From Clostridia bacterium (GTDB lineage Bacteria; Bacillota; Clostridia; Oscillospirales; CAG-272), in the NCBI GenBank assembly GCA_017540285.1, contig JAFYBI010000208.1:1-33135 (forward strand): a stretch of 33,135 bases of DNA, in the 5' to 3' direction. The notes beneath the pieces were generated by a model. It had not been told where the DNA came from, ran no database searches, and was given only the letters and a program-made list of their open reading frames with translations. Within the stretch, counting starts at the first letter, position 1, and the number at the start of each line of letters is the position of its first letter. Shown one piece after another: positions 1 to 9,334 of the stretch. A program made the translations under genes and the position numbers.

Positions 1-1333
<1,333 letters not shown>

Positions 1334-1429
1334 TTACCGTGGATTTTTATGGAATAAGGTAGCATTGCCTCTTACCTGCGGATTCGCAGAGAACATACCA
1401 CGCGCAAACGATTTCGCACGGAGGACAGG

Positions 1430-1999
1430 ATGAAGCTGGACCTGACCGACCTTCTGAAACAGCGTTCGGACGCCGTTCGCTTCGATTATTCCTTCGACCC
1501 CGCGCACACCGACACGGAATGCGTCGGCTTTCCCGACGACGTGACGATCCCCGAAGGCGGGATCCATGTCACCGGAGAAGCGGTGGATTCCTTTGGATGC
1601 CTGATGTTCCGCGCCCACGTCACGGTCTCGTATGAAACCCGGTGCGCGCGCTGCCTCGACGACATCCGGAGAGAGGTCTCCTTCGACGTGGAACGCATGA
1701 TCCTCACCGAAGCCGCCCCCGAGGTCTCGCACCTCGACGACGACGGGGAGTGGGACGGCGTGACCGACGATGTGCTCACGGTGAACGAGGGAAAACTGAT
1801 CCCCGACGCCGACCTGATCGAGGAAGCGTCCCTCGCCATCCCCACCTTCGATCTGTGCGAACCCGACTGTCCCGGCCTCTGCCCGAAATGCGGGAAGCGG
1901 CTGAAGGACGGCGACTGCGGGTGCCGGGAAGACAAAATCGTCAACCCGAAATTCGCGATCCTGCAAACCCTTCTGGACAGACAGAAGGAAGAAAACTGA
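1430..1999 (+). CDS. yceD: YceD/DUF177 family protein (large ribosomal subunit RNA accumulation protein)
   Basis: 189 aa with a GGAGG RBS. The C-terminal [23 protein letters not shown] cysteine cluster and the position directly upstream of rpmF are the hallmark of DUF177/YceD. Confidence 0.85.
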   Translation: MKLDLTDLLKQRSDAVRFDYSFDPAHTDTECVGFPDDVTIPEGGIHVTGEAVDSFGCLMFRAHVTVSYETRCARCLDDIRREVSFDVERMILTEAAPEVSHLDDDGEWDGVTDDVLTVNEGKLIPDADLIEEASLAIPTFDLCEPDCPGLCPKCGKRLKDGDCGCREDKIVNPKFAILQTLLDRQKEEN

Positions 2000-2016
2000 G
2001 AGAAAGAGGCTCAAAC

Positions 2017-2202
2017 ATGGCAGTTCCGAAAAGAAAAGTATCCAAAGCGAGAAGAGACAAGAGACGTTCCAGCCACTGGAAGCTCGACATGCCCGGCATG
2101 GTGAAGTGCCCGCACTGCGGCGAATACGTCCTCTCTCACAGAGTCTGCAAGGCCTGCGGTTACTACAACGGCAAGCAGGTGAAGACTGTCAGCGAAGACT
2201 GA
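2017..2202 (+). CDS. rpmF: 50S ribosomal protein L32
   Basis: [23 protein letters not shown]...[20 protein letters not shown] is a classic L32 sequence with a CxxC..CxxC ribbon. The track merges it into a longer out-of-frame-start ORF (1642-2202). The ATG at 2017 follows AAAGAGG. Confidence 0.95.
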   Translation: MAVPKRKVSKARRDKRRSSHWKLDMPGMVKCPHCGEYVLSHRVCKACGYYNGKQVKTVSED

Positions 2203-2213
2203 CCGACACAAAC

Positions 2214-2251
2214 ATTCCGTACCGCTTCCCCGCGGCGCGGAATTTTGTTTT
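2214..2251 (+). terminator. Rho-independent terminator after rpmF
   Basis: The stem is ATTCCGtaCCGC-ttcccc-GCGGcgCGGAAT (2214-2243), followed by TTTTGTTTT. Confidence 0.7.
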
Positions 2252-2314
2252 CAAGGGGCTCGTCCGACGAAATCCGACACCGGCCGGCCGGGCAAATAGC
2301 CGAAGGAGGTATTC

Positions 2315-2932
2315 ATGCGCTGCGTTCCGAAACAGCGGCGGGTCCGCGCCGTCCGCTCCATTCTCGCCGCCCTGCTCATCGCGGGCTTTCTCATCTATGC
2401 CCTTCCCCCGGCATCGGGCGCGCTGGGACTGCGTCTTCCGGCCTGGCCGTTCACCGCGCTGGCGTTCGCCTGTCTGATCGCGGCGGTCTTCCTCCTCGTG
2501 CGGTATGAAATGACGGGCTTTCAGTACATCATCCGCCCGCGCACCGAGACCGACGGCACGGAATTCGTGACCGCCTACGCGTCGGGCCGTCCGGCGATCT
2601 GTGAGCTGCCGCCGGAGCAGCTCGATTTCGCCGTCGTCAAGTCGCAGGGCGCGCGTCCCGGCGTCATGGAATGCCTGCTCTCGCTCGGCGACCTCATCGC
2701 GGTCTATCCGATCCGGCGAAGCAGGCGGGACGGGATGACGAAGGCCGATCTGCGCGAACGCTACGCCGCCGACGGGTACGTCTGGTACGACTACACCCTG
2801 ACCCTCGGCATCGATGACGCCCTCGCCCTTGTCTTCGTCGACGGGAATCGCACCGTCGGCATCCTGATCGAGCCGGACGAGGGGATGCGGGCGTATTTCA
2901 TGACGCTGAAGCCGCATACGGACGGCAGGTGA
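2315..2932 (+). CDS. Hypothetical membrane protein (two N-terminal TM helices plus a soluble C-terminal domain)
   Basis: 205 aa with a strong RBS (GAAGGAGGtattcATG). Third codon positions are GC-rich. Hydrophobic segments are ILAALLIAGFLIYAL and FTALAFACLIAAVFLLV. I recognise no family. Confidence 0.7.
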   Translation: MRCVPKQRRVRAVRSILAALLIAGFLIYALPPASGALGLRLPAWPFTALAFACLIAAVFLLVRYEMTGFQYIIRPRTETDGTEFVTAYASGRPAICELPPEQLDFAVVKSQGARPGVMECLLSLGDLIAVYPIRRSRRDGMTKADLRERYAADGYVWYDYTLTLGIDDALALVFVDGNRTVGILIEPDEGMRAYFMTLKPHTDGR

Positions 2933-2965
2933 AAGAAAAAACGGAGGAATTCCGACGATTCCCGA

Positions 2966-3026
2966 TGAAAAAATCGGCCGTACAGCTGCCTGACCTGCCA
3001 AGCAGCCGTACGGCCGTTGTTCGTTT
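2966..3026. terminator. Bidirectional terminator between convergent genes
   Basis: A 15-bp stem with one mismatch: CGGCCGTACAGCTGC (2975-2989) pairs with GCAGCCGTACGGCCG (3002-3016). TTGTTCGTTT follows on the plus strand. An A-run (2966-2974) on the plus strand gives a T-run on the minus strand. Confidence 0.7.
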
Positions 3027-3058
3027 GCGATCTGCGCCGCCGGATCGGTATCCGGCCG

Positions 3059-3556
3059 TTACGATTCGCTTTTCCCGCTCGATCCGCTCTCCTCTTCCTT
3101 CCACCTCTCCGCGTCGCGGCGGAAGATCTCGCTGAGCGCGACGGCATGGGTGTCGATCATGGCTCTTTCTTCGGGGGAGAAGGATCCGAGGGAGCGCACG
3201 ATCTCATGCAGGATCTCGCCGATCATGCGTTCGAGGTGGGCGAGGCCTTCGTCCGTGATCTCGATGTACACCTGGCGGCGGTTCTCCCGGTTGTGGGAGC
3301 GGCGGACGTAGTTCTGCTCCTCGAGGTCGTTCACCAGCTTTGTGAGCTGCTGCTTCGTGATCCCCATCTCCGAGGCGAATTTCGTCATCGTCACGGGATG
3401 ATCCCGGTAGGCGCGCAGGGCGTAGAGCATTGAAAAGCCGTGCGAATGAAAGCGGTACTGATTCGTCTCCACGATGTGCCGCCGGGTGAGGGCGTAATAG
3501 TCCACCATAAAATTCAAGAAATCCCGCGCGATCTCGATATCCTGCCGATCCGTCAT
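3059..3556 (-). CDS. MarR family transcriptional regulator
   Basis: A winged-HTH core typical of MarR: HPVTMTKFASEMGITKQQLTKLVNDLEEQNYVRRSHNRENRRQVYIEITDEGL. The start is set at ATG 3556 (MTDRQDIE), preceded by GAGGAGG, rather than the track start at 3598. Confidence 0.85.
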   Translation of the reverse strand: MTDRQDIEIARDFLNFMVDYYALTRRHIVETNQYRFHSHGFSMLYALRAYRDHPVTMTKFASEMGITKQQLTKLVNDLEEQNYVRRSHNRENRRQVYIEITDEGLAHLERMIGEILHEIVRSLGSFSPEERAMIDTHAVALSEIFRRDAERWKEEESGSSGKSES

Positions 3557-3586
3557 GACGCCGCCTCCTCGTCTCTGTTTTGCTCC

Positions 3587-3615
3587 ATCATAGCACATCC
3601 GGAGGAAAATGTCAA
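3587..3615 (-). promoter_or_regulatory. Sigma-A-type promoter for the MarR gene
   Basis: Read on the minus strand: TTGACA (3615-3610), 17 nt spacer, TGcTATGAT (3595-3587). Confidence 0.6.
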
Positions 3616-3660
3616 GGATTTAAAATGTAATCAATTGTGAACAATCCGCGCGTGCCCGCG

Positions 3661-3689
3661 AAAACGGAAAAAGGACCGTCACCGGTCCT
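3661..3689 (-). terminator. Rho-independent terminator overlapping the stop codon of the 3679-4284 gene
   Basis: The stem is AGGACCG/CGGTCCT (3672-3678 / 3683-3689) and the stop codon sits in the loop. TTTTCCGTTTT follows on the minus strand. Confidence 0.55.
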
Positions 3690-4284
3690 CTTCTTTGAGT
3701 ATCGCGTCGAGCAGGATCTGGATCACGACGGCAACGAGGAACAGGAGCCAGTTGAATTTCCAGAGGTGCATCGCGAAGCCCGTGAGGAAGAAAACGATCA
3801 CCGTACCGACCCAGAGGATGCCGGAGATCCCGTCGCGCATGGCTTTGTTCAGATTCCGCTTTTTGTTGTAATTCTCCGTCATCTCGAGGATGATCTGCCC
3901 GATCGTGGACCAGAGGAAGATGAGCCACGCGTACTTCCAGGCGTGACCGATGAAGCCGATGAGGAAGAACACGATGAGGGAGGAGACCCACATCACCTCC
4001 GACGTCTTGTCGAGATAGAATTTGAGCCGCTTTTCGCCCGCGCGCCGGCTCTTCATCGCAGCCTCGGCGTCGGCGTCCTGCGGGAGGGAGCGGAGCATCT
4101 GCTCGATCTGGTCGACGTTGCGCAGAACGTCCCGGTAAGCGTCGAGCTCGCTCATCCCGGCGGCGACGCGGTCGTCGAAGCGCTTGTCAAGATCCGCGGT
4201 CAGCTCCCCGGCCATCTCGCGCGCGGCTTCGGTCCCGGCGGATTCGCAGAGCTCCTCGATCTTGCGGTTCAGTTCTTTTTTCAC
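3679..4284 (-). CDS. Membrane protein with an N-terminal helical (permease-prefix-like) domain and an internally duplicated 2-TM hairpin
   Basis: 201 aa. The N-terminus ...DLDKRFDDRVAAGMSELDAYRDVL resembles the permease prefix domain 1 / DUF1700-type helical module. The two repeat units are MWVSSLIVFFLIGFIGHAWKYAWLIFLW and LWVGTVIVFFLTGFAMHLWKFNWLLFLV. Confidence 0.7.
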   Translation of the reverse strand: MKKELNRKIEELCESAGTEAAREMAGELTADLDKRFDDRVAAGMSELDAYRDVLRNVDQIEQMLRSLPQDADAEAAMKSRRAGEKRLKFYLDKTSEVMWVSSLIVFFLIGFIGHAWKYAWLIFLWSTIGQIILEMTENYNKKRNLNKAMRDGISGILWVGTVIVFFLTGFAMHLWKFNWLLFLVAVVIQILLDAILKEEDR

Positions 4285-4331
4285 GGCGCTGTCCTCGTTT
4301 TCCCAAAAATCCCATCCGTGCGGATGAAGCC

Positions 4332-4360
4332 ATTATACAATATCTTTTTCCCCGCGTCAA
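4332..4360 (-). promoter_or_regulatory. Sigma-A-type promoter for the 3679-4284 gene
   Basis: Read on the minus strand: TTGACG (4360-4355), 17 nt spacer, TATAAT (4337-4332) with a TGt extension. Confidence 0.55.
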
Positions 4361-4398
4361 GCGAACGGGGGAAAGGTTAAGGAAATTTTAATGTTGCC

Positions 4399-4443
4399 GG
4401 CAAAATCCCCCGGACGATTCTCATCGAATCCGTTCCGGGGGAT
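4399..4443 (-). terminator. Rho-independent terminator after the 1260-aa gene
   Basis: Perfect 10-bp arms ATCCCCCGGA (4405-4414) and TCCGGGGGAT (4434-4443), with further inner pairing. TTTTGCC follows on the minus strand. Confidence 0.6.
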
Positions 4444-4465
4444 CGGTTGTTCTTTTGACAGGGTT

Positions 4466-7400
4466 TTACCGGATGAAGACCCGCGACGTGATGAGCGCCG
4501 GGATCAGCCAGACGAGCTGATACAGGGTGATCGTCAGCGGCGTCAGGCCCGGGAGCAGGTTCGCGAGGAGCAGGATCGTCATGATCGCCGCACTCACGAG
4601 GATGCTCATGACCGCCAGCGCGACGTGCGTCTTGCGCGTCCTCAGGACCTTGCCGCAGAAGGAGATCACCTGCAACAGGGACTTCTGCGAGCCGCAGGTC
4701 ACGAGGCCGGAATCTGCCTTCGCTTCGTAGGAGACGACCTCCTCGGGATCGGCGTAGCGCACGATCTTGAGCGGCATCTTCTTCATGCTCAGCTTCTTCG
4801 CGATCATCGCCTCGTCGATGTTCGGGTCGAACGTCCGGACGCAGGCGTAGAGGCCGTTGCCGGAGAACTGCTTCAGGATCGTGTCCATGTCGCTGTCCAT
4901 CTCGTACTTCACGTACATCTTCGCGACGAGCTTGTTCTCGCGGAACATGTACATGATCGAGAGCTCCTCGGACAGGTCCACGTCGTCCTCGATCGCGTCG
5001 TCCGGGATCTCAAAGCCCCGGTCGCGGAGCGCGTCGCAGCTGCCGAAGATGATGTTCACGCCATCCACCTGCGTCGCGAGGAAGTTGTCCTCGGTGTCGT
5101 AAATGCGGACGTTGGTGGAGTTGCCGAGATCCTTCGTCGCCACCTCGAAGACGTCCTGGAGCGGACCGCCCGCGTAGGCAAACACGGAGGAGGCGTAGTA
5201 CAGCACCCGGTCGATGCGGGCGTTGTTGTAGATGCGGATGTTCTGGACCTTGACGAAGTAGGACGGGAACACGTTCTTGTCGTCGAAGGAGATGACGGAC
5301 GCGTTGGAATACTCTTCGAGCGAAGTCTCGCCGATGATCGCGCTGTCGTATTCCTTCGCCGTCACGTTCGCGCGGTAGAAGGGATAGGAGAATGTCACGA
5401 ACACGGAGAGCGGCGCGAGCATCAGCAGGGATTCGTACATCGCGCGGGCGACCGCCGTGCCGTTTCCGCCGCGGATCCGGGCGATCAGGCCGAAGATCAG
5501 GGAGAGCAGCACCGCCGCGCCCATCACGAACATCATGAAGGTGCCGGTCGTGGTGTCGGGCTTGGCGAGACGGGCGAAGAAGCCGCCGATGAAGTCGGTC
5601 TTTTCGATCTTCATCACGTCGCAGACGTCCTCGGTCTCTTCAAACGCCTTGGTTTCGTTTTCGGATTCGTCGTCGCGCAGACGCCGCACGATGTGTTTCG
5701 GCTTTTTGCTCGACACGATGCGGAAATTCATCATTTCCCGCTTGTTGTTGAAGACGGAGTAGATGATCGTCATCAGCGCGGCGAGGGCCACGAGGAAGTT
5801 GAACATCTTCGGCTCCTCGGGCGAGATCGTGATCCGCGCCACCACGGCGGAATACAGGATCCCGGCCAGCGCGAGGAGAGCCGTCATGCTCTCGGGTCTC
5901 GGCGTTCCGCGGAAGATGCCCTTTACGCCGGCCGCGATCTCATCGTACGCGCAGAGGCAGGCGAGGAGCATGATCTGGAGGCTGACCATCGAATAGACCG
6001 CCGGATAGACGGACGGGTCGAGCACGCCGCCGAACTGCATCCCGGTGCCGGTCACGAGGCGCGTCACCGCTTCGATGTTCTCGAAGAGGAAGAGCACCGC
6101 CGTCAGGGCGAAGCACAGGATCAGGCGGATGAAGAGGGAGACCGAGCGGCGCCCGTACTCCTTGCGGATCTCGGGGATCTGGGATTTATCGATGAATTCC
6201 GGACGTTCGAGCCGCTGGGCCGCGTCGCGCGCCTGCTGCTTCTGCTCGATCTTGTCGCCGAATTCCTTGGCGCGTCCGGCTTTCTTTCCTTTTTCCTTTT
6301 CGTCGTCGAGGCCGAAGGCGACCATGAGGTTGATGTCGGTCGGGTCGATGTCCTCGTCCTCGAAGGGCTCGTCGGGCGTCTGCCAGCCGACCTTCTTTTC
6401 GTCGCTGTCCCCGGGCTTGATGCTGTCGAAGGTCTTGGTGCTGCCGTTGTCGTCCTCCGCCTGTTTGTCCGCGAGGTTCTGCAGATCGGTGAGCGAGGAA
6501 TCCGCCGTGACGACGGGAGCCTCTGCGGCTTCCTTCGCCTTTTCGGCCTGCGCGGCCTTCGCCGCTTCCTCGGATCTGCGGAAGTCGTCCTCCGCGAGCG
6601 TTTCGGCGGCCCAGCGCAGCAGCTCTTCGTCGGAGAGGTTCTTTGCAGAGCGGCGGGACTGCTTCACGAATCCCGGTCTCTCCTCCTTCTCCGGAGCGGG
6701 CTCTCCGGCAGCCGCTTCCACGACGGCTTCCGCGGTCTCTTCCGCGGCTTTTTCGACGGTCTCTGCGGCAGCCTCGGCCGCTTCCGCCGTCACCGCGGCT
6801 GCGGTTTCGACGGGTTCCGCGGCGGCTTCCGCAGACGTTTCCGCATCATCCGCGAGCTGGGCGGCGGCCATGGCGGCTTTTCCGGCGAGTCCGGTGTATG
6901 CATCGTCTGCCGCGGCGTCCTTTGCCCGCTGCTCGGCGCGCTTGGAACGCCCGAACATGGCGGCGGCCGCTTCGGCGATCAGCGCGTCGGTCTCGTCGTC
7001 GTGCTCCTCGGCAGGCTCCGCGGCGGGGGTCTGTTCCTCCTGCTCGTCCGTGAGGAAGAAGTCCTCGTCGGCGGCGGGCTTTTTCTTCTTGTCTTTTCTG
7101 CGGAAGAACCCGAAGAACTTCTTCTGGGGCTTGACCTCGCCGAAGAGCTCCTCGACGCGCTCGTCCGGGATCTCCTCGCCGACGGGCTTCTTCACCTCGT
7201 CCGCGGGATAAGCCGGCTCAGCGCCGAAATCGACAGGATCGTCCGCGGGCGCGTCCGGCTTCTCTTCCGCCGGCGTTTCCGCGTCGCCGTCGTCGGTCAG
7301 TTCATATTCGTCGAGGAAACCGTCGTCGCGCTTCTCCTGCGCTGCGGGCACGCTGAAATCGCCGTCCGCGGGCACCACGAACGCGGTGTCGAGCGCGGAG

Positions 7401-8248
7401 ATCAGCTCCTCCTGCTCGGCCTCCTCGCGCGCCTCTTCCTCTTCCACGGTCTTCTGCATCCGGGAGAAGAGGCTGCCGCGCTTCGGCTTCGGTTCGGACG
7501 AGAGCTCGTCCGCCATCGCCGCCGCGTCGTTCTCCGCCGTCTGACGGATCCGCGCGAACAGTCCGCCGCGTCTCGGCTTCGGCTCCTCGGGGATCGGTTC
7601 CTCCGCGATCGGCTCCTCTGCGGGTACGGTCTCTTCGCCGTCCGCCAGCTCGTCGAGGAGCGCGTTCACGGCGTCGGTGGTCTCGTCTCCCGCGTCGCGC
7701 AGACGTGCGAGGACCCCGCCCGCCGCCGGTGCGGCTTCGGCAGATCCTTCGGCCGGCGTCTCCGGCTCGGGTTCCGCGGGCGCTTCGGGGATTTCAGGCT
7801 CGGCCTCCGCATGCGGTTCCGTCGGCGTCTCGTTCATCGTGAAGACGAATTCGTCGCCGGATTCCGCCTCAGGCGCATCGGCTGCCCCGATCCCGCCGAG
7901 GATGTCGTCGAGCGCATCGCTCTTCGGCTCCTCCTGCCCGGGGACCGCTTCCGGCTCAGCCGGTTCGTCCGCAGGCGCGGCATCGTCGGACTTCTCCGCC
8001 TCTTCCGGCGTTTTCTCCGCTTCTTCGGAAGGCGCTTCGTCCTGATATTCCGGCATGTATTTGCGCAGGAGCGCGTTGATGTCGAGCTCGCTGTCGGAAT
8101 CGGACGAATCCTTTGCGTCGGAGGTCAGATCGATGGAGGCATCCGCGAAAAAGTCGTCGTCAAAGCCGCGCTCTTTCGCAGGGTTGCTGCCGATGACCGC
8201 GTCGTTGTCCGTTCCGGGATTCTCATTTTTCTTTTTTTGCTTCGCCAT
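4466..8248 (-). CDS. Large membrane protein: ~695-aa acidic low-complexity N-terminal region fused to a P-type-ATPase-like (CopA-like topology) core with degenerate catalytic motifs
   Basis: 1260 aa. The N-terminal part is rich in E, D, A and P. From about residue 700 there are multiple TM helices and soluble inserts in the order seen in P1B ATPases. The loop ...AIIGETSLEEYSNASVISFDDKNVFP aligns by eye with ...ILIKGG.ALE....D.VVFDKTGTLT. The antisense 1289-aa ORF (4391-8260 +) is a shadow. Confidence 0.8.
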   Translation of the reverse strand: MAKQKKKNENPGTDNDAVIGSNPAKERGFDDDFFADASIDLTSDAKDSSDSDSELDINALLRKYMPEYQDEAPSEEAEKTPEEAEKSDDAAPADEPAEPEAVPGQEEPKSDALDDILGGIGAADAPEAESGDEFVFTMNETPTEPHAEAEPEIPEAPAEPEPETPAEGSAEAAPAAGGVLARLRDAGDETTDAVNALLDELADGEETVPAEEPIAEEPIPEEPKPRRGGLFARIRQTAENDAAAMADELSSEPKPKRGSLFSRMQKTVEEEEAREEAEQEELISALDTAFVVPADGDFSVPAAQEKRDDGFLDEYELTDDGDAETPAEEKPDAPADDPVDFGAEPAYPADEVKKPVGEEIPDERVEELFGEVKPQKKFFGFFRRKDKKKKPAADEDFFLTDEQEEQTPAAEPAEEHDDETDALIAEAAAAMFGRSKRAEQRAKDAAADDAYTGLAGKAAMAAAQLADDAETSAEAAAEPVETAAAVTAEAAEAAAETVEKAAEETAEAVVEAAAGEPAPEKEERPGFVKQSRRSAKNLSDEELLRWAAETLAEDDFRRSEEAAKAAQAEKAKEAAEAPVVTADSSLTDLQNLADKQAEDDNGSTKTFDSIKPGDSDEKKVGWQTPDEPFEDEDIDPTDINLMVAFGLDDEKEKGKKAGRAKEFGDKIEQKQQARDAAQRLERPEFIDKSQIPEIRKEYGRRSVSLFIRLILCFALTAVLFLFENIEAVTRLVTGTGMQFGGVLDPSVYPAVYSMVSLQIMLLACLCAYDEIAAGVKGIFRGTPRPESMTALLALAGILYSAVVARITISPEEPKMFNFLVALAALMTIIYSVFNNKREMMNFRIVSSKKPKHIVRRLRDDESENETKAFEETEDVCDVMKIEKTDFIGGFFARLAKPDTTTGTFMMFVMGAAVLLSLIFGLIARIRGGNGTAVARAMYESLLMLAPLSVFVTFSYPFYRANVTAKEYDSAIIGETSLEEYSNASVISFDDKNVFPSYFVKVQNIRIYNNARIDRVLYYASSVFAYAGGPLQDVFEVATKDLGNSTNVRIYDTEDNFLATQVDGVNIIFGSCDALRDRGFEIPDDAIEDDVDLSEELSIMYMFRENKLVAKMYVKYEMDSDMDTILKQFSGNGLYACVRTFDPNIDEAMIAKKLSMKKMPLKIVRYADPEEVVSYEAKADSGLVTCGSQKSLLQVISFCGKVLRTRKTHVALAVMSILVSAAIMTILLLANLLPGLTPLTITLYQLVWLIPALITSRVFIR

Positions 8249-8301
8249 TCCTGTGCCTGACAGCCGCGGCGCGCGCAGCCGTCCATCCTTTCATCGCTTT
8301 A

Positions 8302-9114
8302 TCATCCTAAGTGACCCGTACCCCCGGTCCGCTGCATCCTCGCCGCGTGGCAGAGCAGCACGGACGCCGCCGTAGAGACGTTGAGGGAATTGACTTTTCC
8401 GAACATGGGGATCGAAACCGTGAAGTCGCAGCGTTCCCGCACGAGACGGCTGACGCCGCTGTCTTCCCCTCCCAAAACGATCGCGCAGGGGAGGTTCCAG
8501 TCCGTTTCATAATAATCCTGACCGTCCGCTTCCGCGGCGAAGGTCCAGATTCCCGCTTCCTTGAGGCTTTCGACGGTGTTCGCGATGTTCGCGACCTTCG
8601 CCACCGCCACATGCAGGATCGCGCCCGCGGAGGCTTTCGTCACCGCCGGGGTGAGTCCGCAGGCCCGCCGCTCCGGGATGATGACCCCGTGTGCGCCCGC
8701 GCATTCCGCGCATCGGATGACCGCGCCGAGATTGTGCGGATCCTCGATGCCGTCGCAGATCACGATGAGGGGCTTTTCTCCGCGTTCCTCCGCGACGGCG
8801 AGGATGTCGTCGACGGTGGAATACGCCTTTTCCGCGACCATGGCGGCGATGCCCTGATGATGTTCGCCGCGCGCGATGCGGTCGAGGGATTCGACAGTCG
8901 TGTCGGCCACGGTGATCCCCTCCTTCTTCGCTTCCGCGACGATCGCGACGATCGACCCTTCCCGGCCCGCGGCGAGGATCTTGTCGACCGGCGCGCCGGA
9001 TCTCACCAGCTCCATCACGGCGTTGCGTCCCACGACGACGTTGGCGGGGAGCTCCCGCCGATCCCGTCCGGGACCCGGCCGATCCGGCTTTTTCTTCTTC
9101 CTGTTGTCCTGCAT
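8302..9114 (-). CDS. rlmB: 23S rRNA (guanosine-2'-O)-methyltransferase RlmB (SpoU/TrmH family)
   Basis: 270 aa. It has an N-terminal SpoU substrate-binding-type region (VVGRNAVMELVRSG) and SPOUT motifs: DGIEDPHNLGAVIRCAECAGAHGVI, AIVLGGEDSGVS and IPMFGKVNSLNVSTAASVLL. Confidence 0.9.
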   Translation of the reverse strand: MQDNRKKKKPDRPGPGRDRRELPANVVVGRNAVMELVRSGAPVDKILAAGREGSIVAIVAEAKKEGITVADTTVESLDRIARGEHHQGIAAMVAEKAYSTVDDILAVAEERGEKPLIVICDGIEDPHNLGAVIRCAECAGAHGVIIPERRACGLTPAVTKASAGAILHVAVAKVANIANTVESLKEAGIWTFAAEADGQDYYETDWNLPCAIVLGGEDSGVSRLVRERCDFTVSIPMFGKVNSLNVSTAASVLLCHAARMQRTGGTGHLG

Positions 9115-9184
9115 GGATGATTCATCCTGTCGTTGAATGTTGTCGCAAAGGCGCAGTCCGCCTTTATATAATGAACCATGATGT

Positions 9185-9213
9185 ATTATATCACATTCGC
9201 TCCGGTTTGTACA
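9185..9213 (-). promoter_or_regulatory. Candidate sigma-A-type promoter for rlmB
   Basis: Read on the minus strand: TGaTATAAT (9193-9185) with a weak -35 TGTACA (9213-9208) at 17 nt. It lies about 70 nt upstream of ATG 9114. Confidence 0.4.
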
Positions 9214-9277
9214 GTCTCTTAGAAATTATTTCGCATTTTTCCGCGCAAAAATTTATAGTCCGGCGATTTTTTCGCAC

Positions 9278-9309
9278 AAAAAACCAAAAAGGATGCGGAA
9301 TCCGCATCC
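9278..9309 (-). terminator. Rho-independent terminator after the zinc-ribbon gene
   Basis: A perfect 8-bp stem GGATGCGG/CCGCATCC (9291-9298 / 9302-9309) with a 3-nt loop. TTTTTGGTTTTTT follows on the minus strand. Confidence 0.8.
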
Positions 9310-9334
9310 TCGTTGTGCTGCAATGGGAAGGCTC

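Noticed and set aside
6045-7211. Ser/Ala-rich 388-aa ORF, and other low-complexity ORFs inside the large gene: 6643-7053, 7677-8045 and 8055-8375.
   Set aside because: These are alternative frames of the low-complexity acidic region. They arise automatically from the GAG/GCC/GAC-rich coding repeat and have no independent start signals.
4391-8260. 1289-aa plus-strand ORF, the longest in the window.
   Set aside because: It is the exact antisense of the 1260-aa minus-strand gene. The translation is Arg/Gly/Asp/His/Leu/Val-rich low complexity with no motifs or TM pattern. Such long shadow ORFs are expected at this GC content. The minus-strand frame has a recognisable domain organisation and GC-rich third codon positions.
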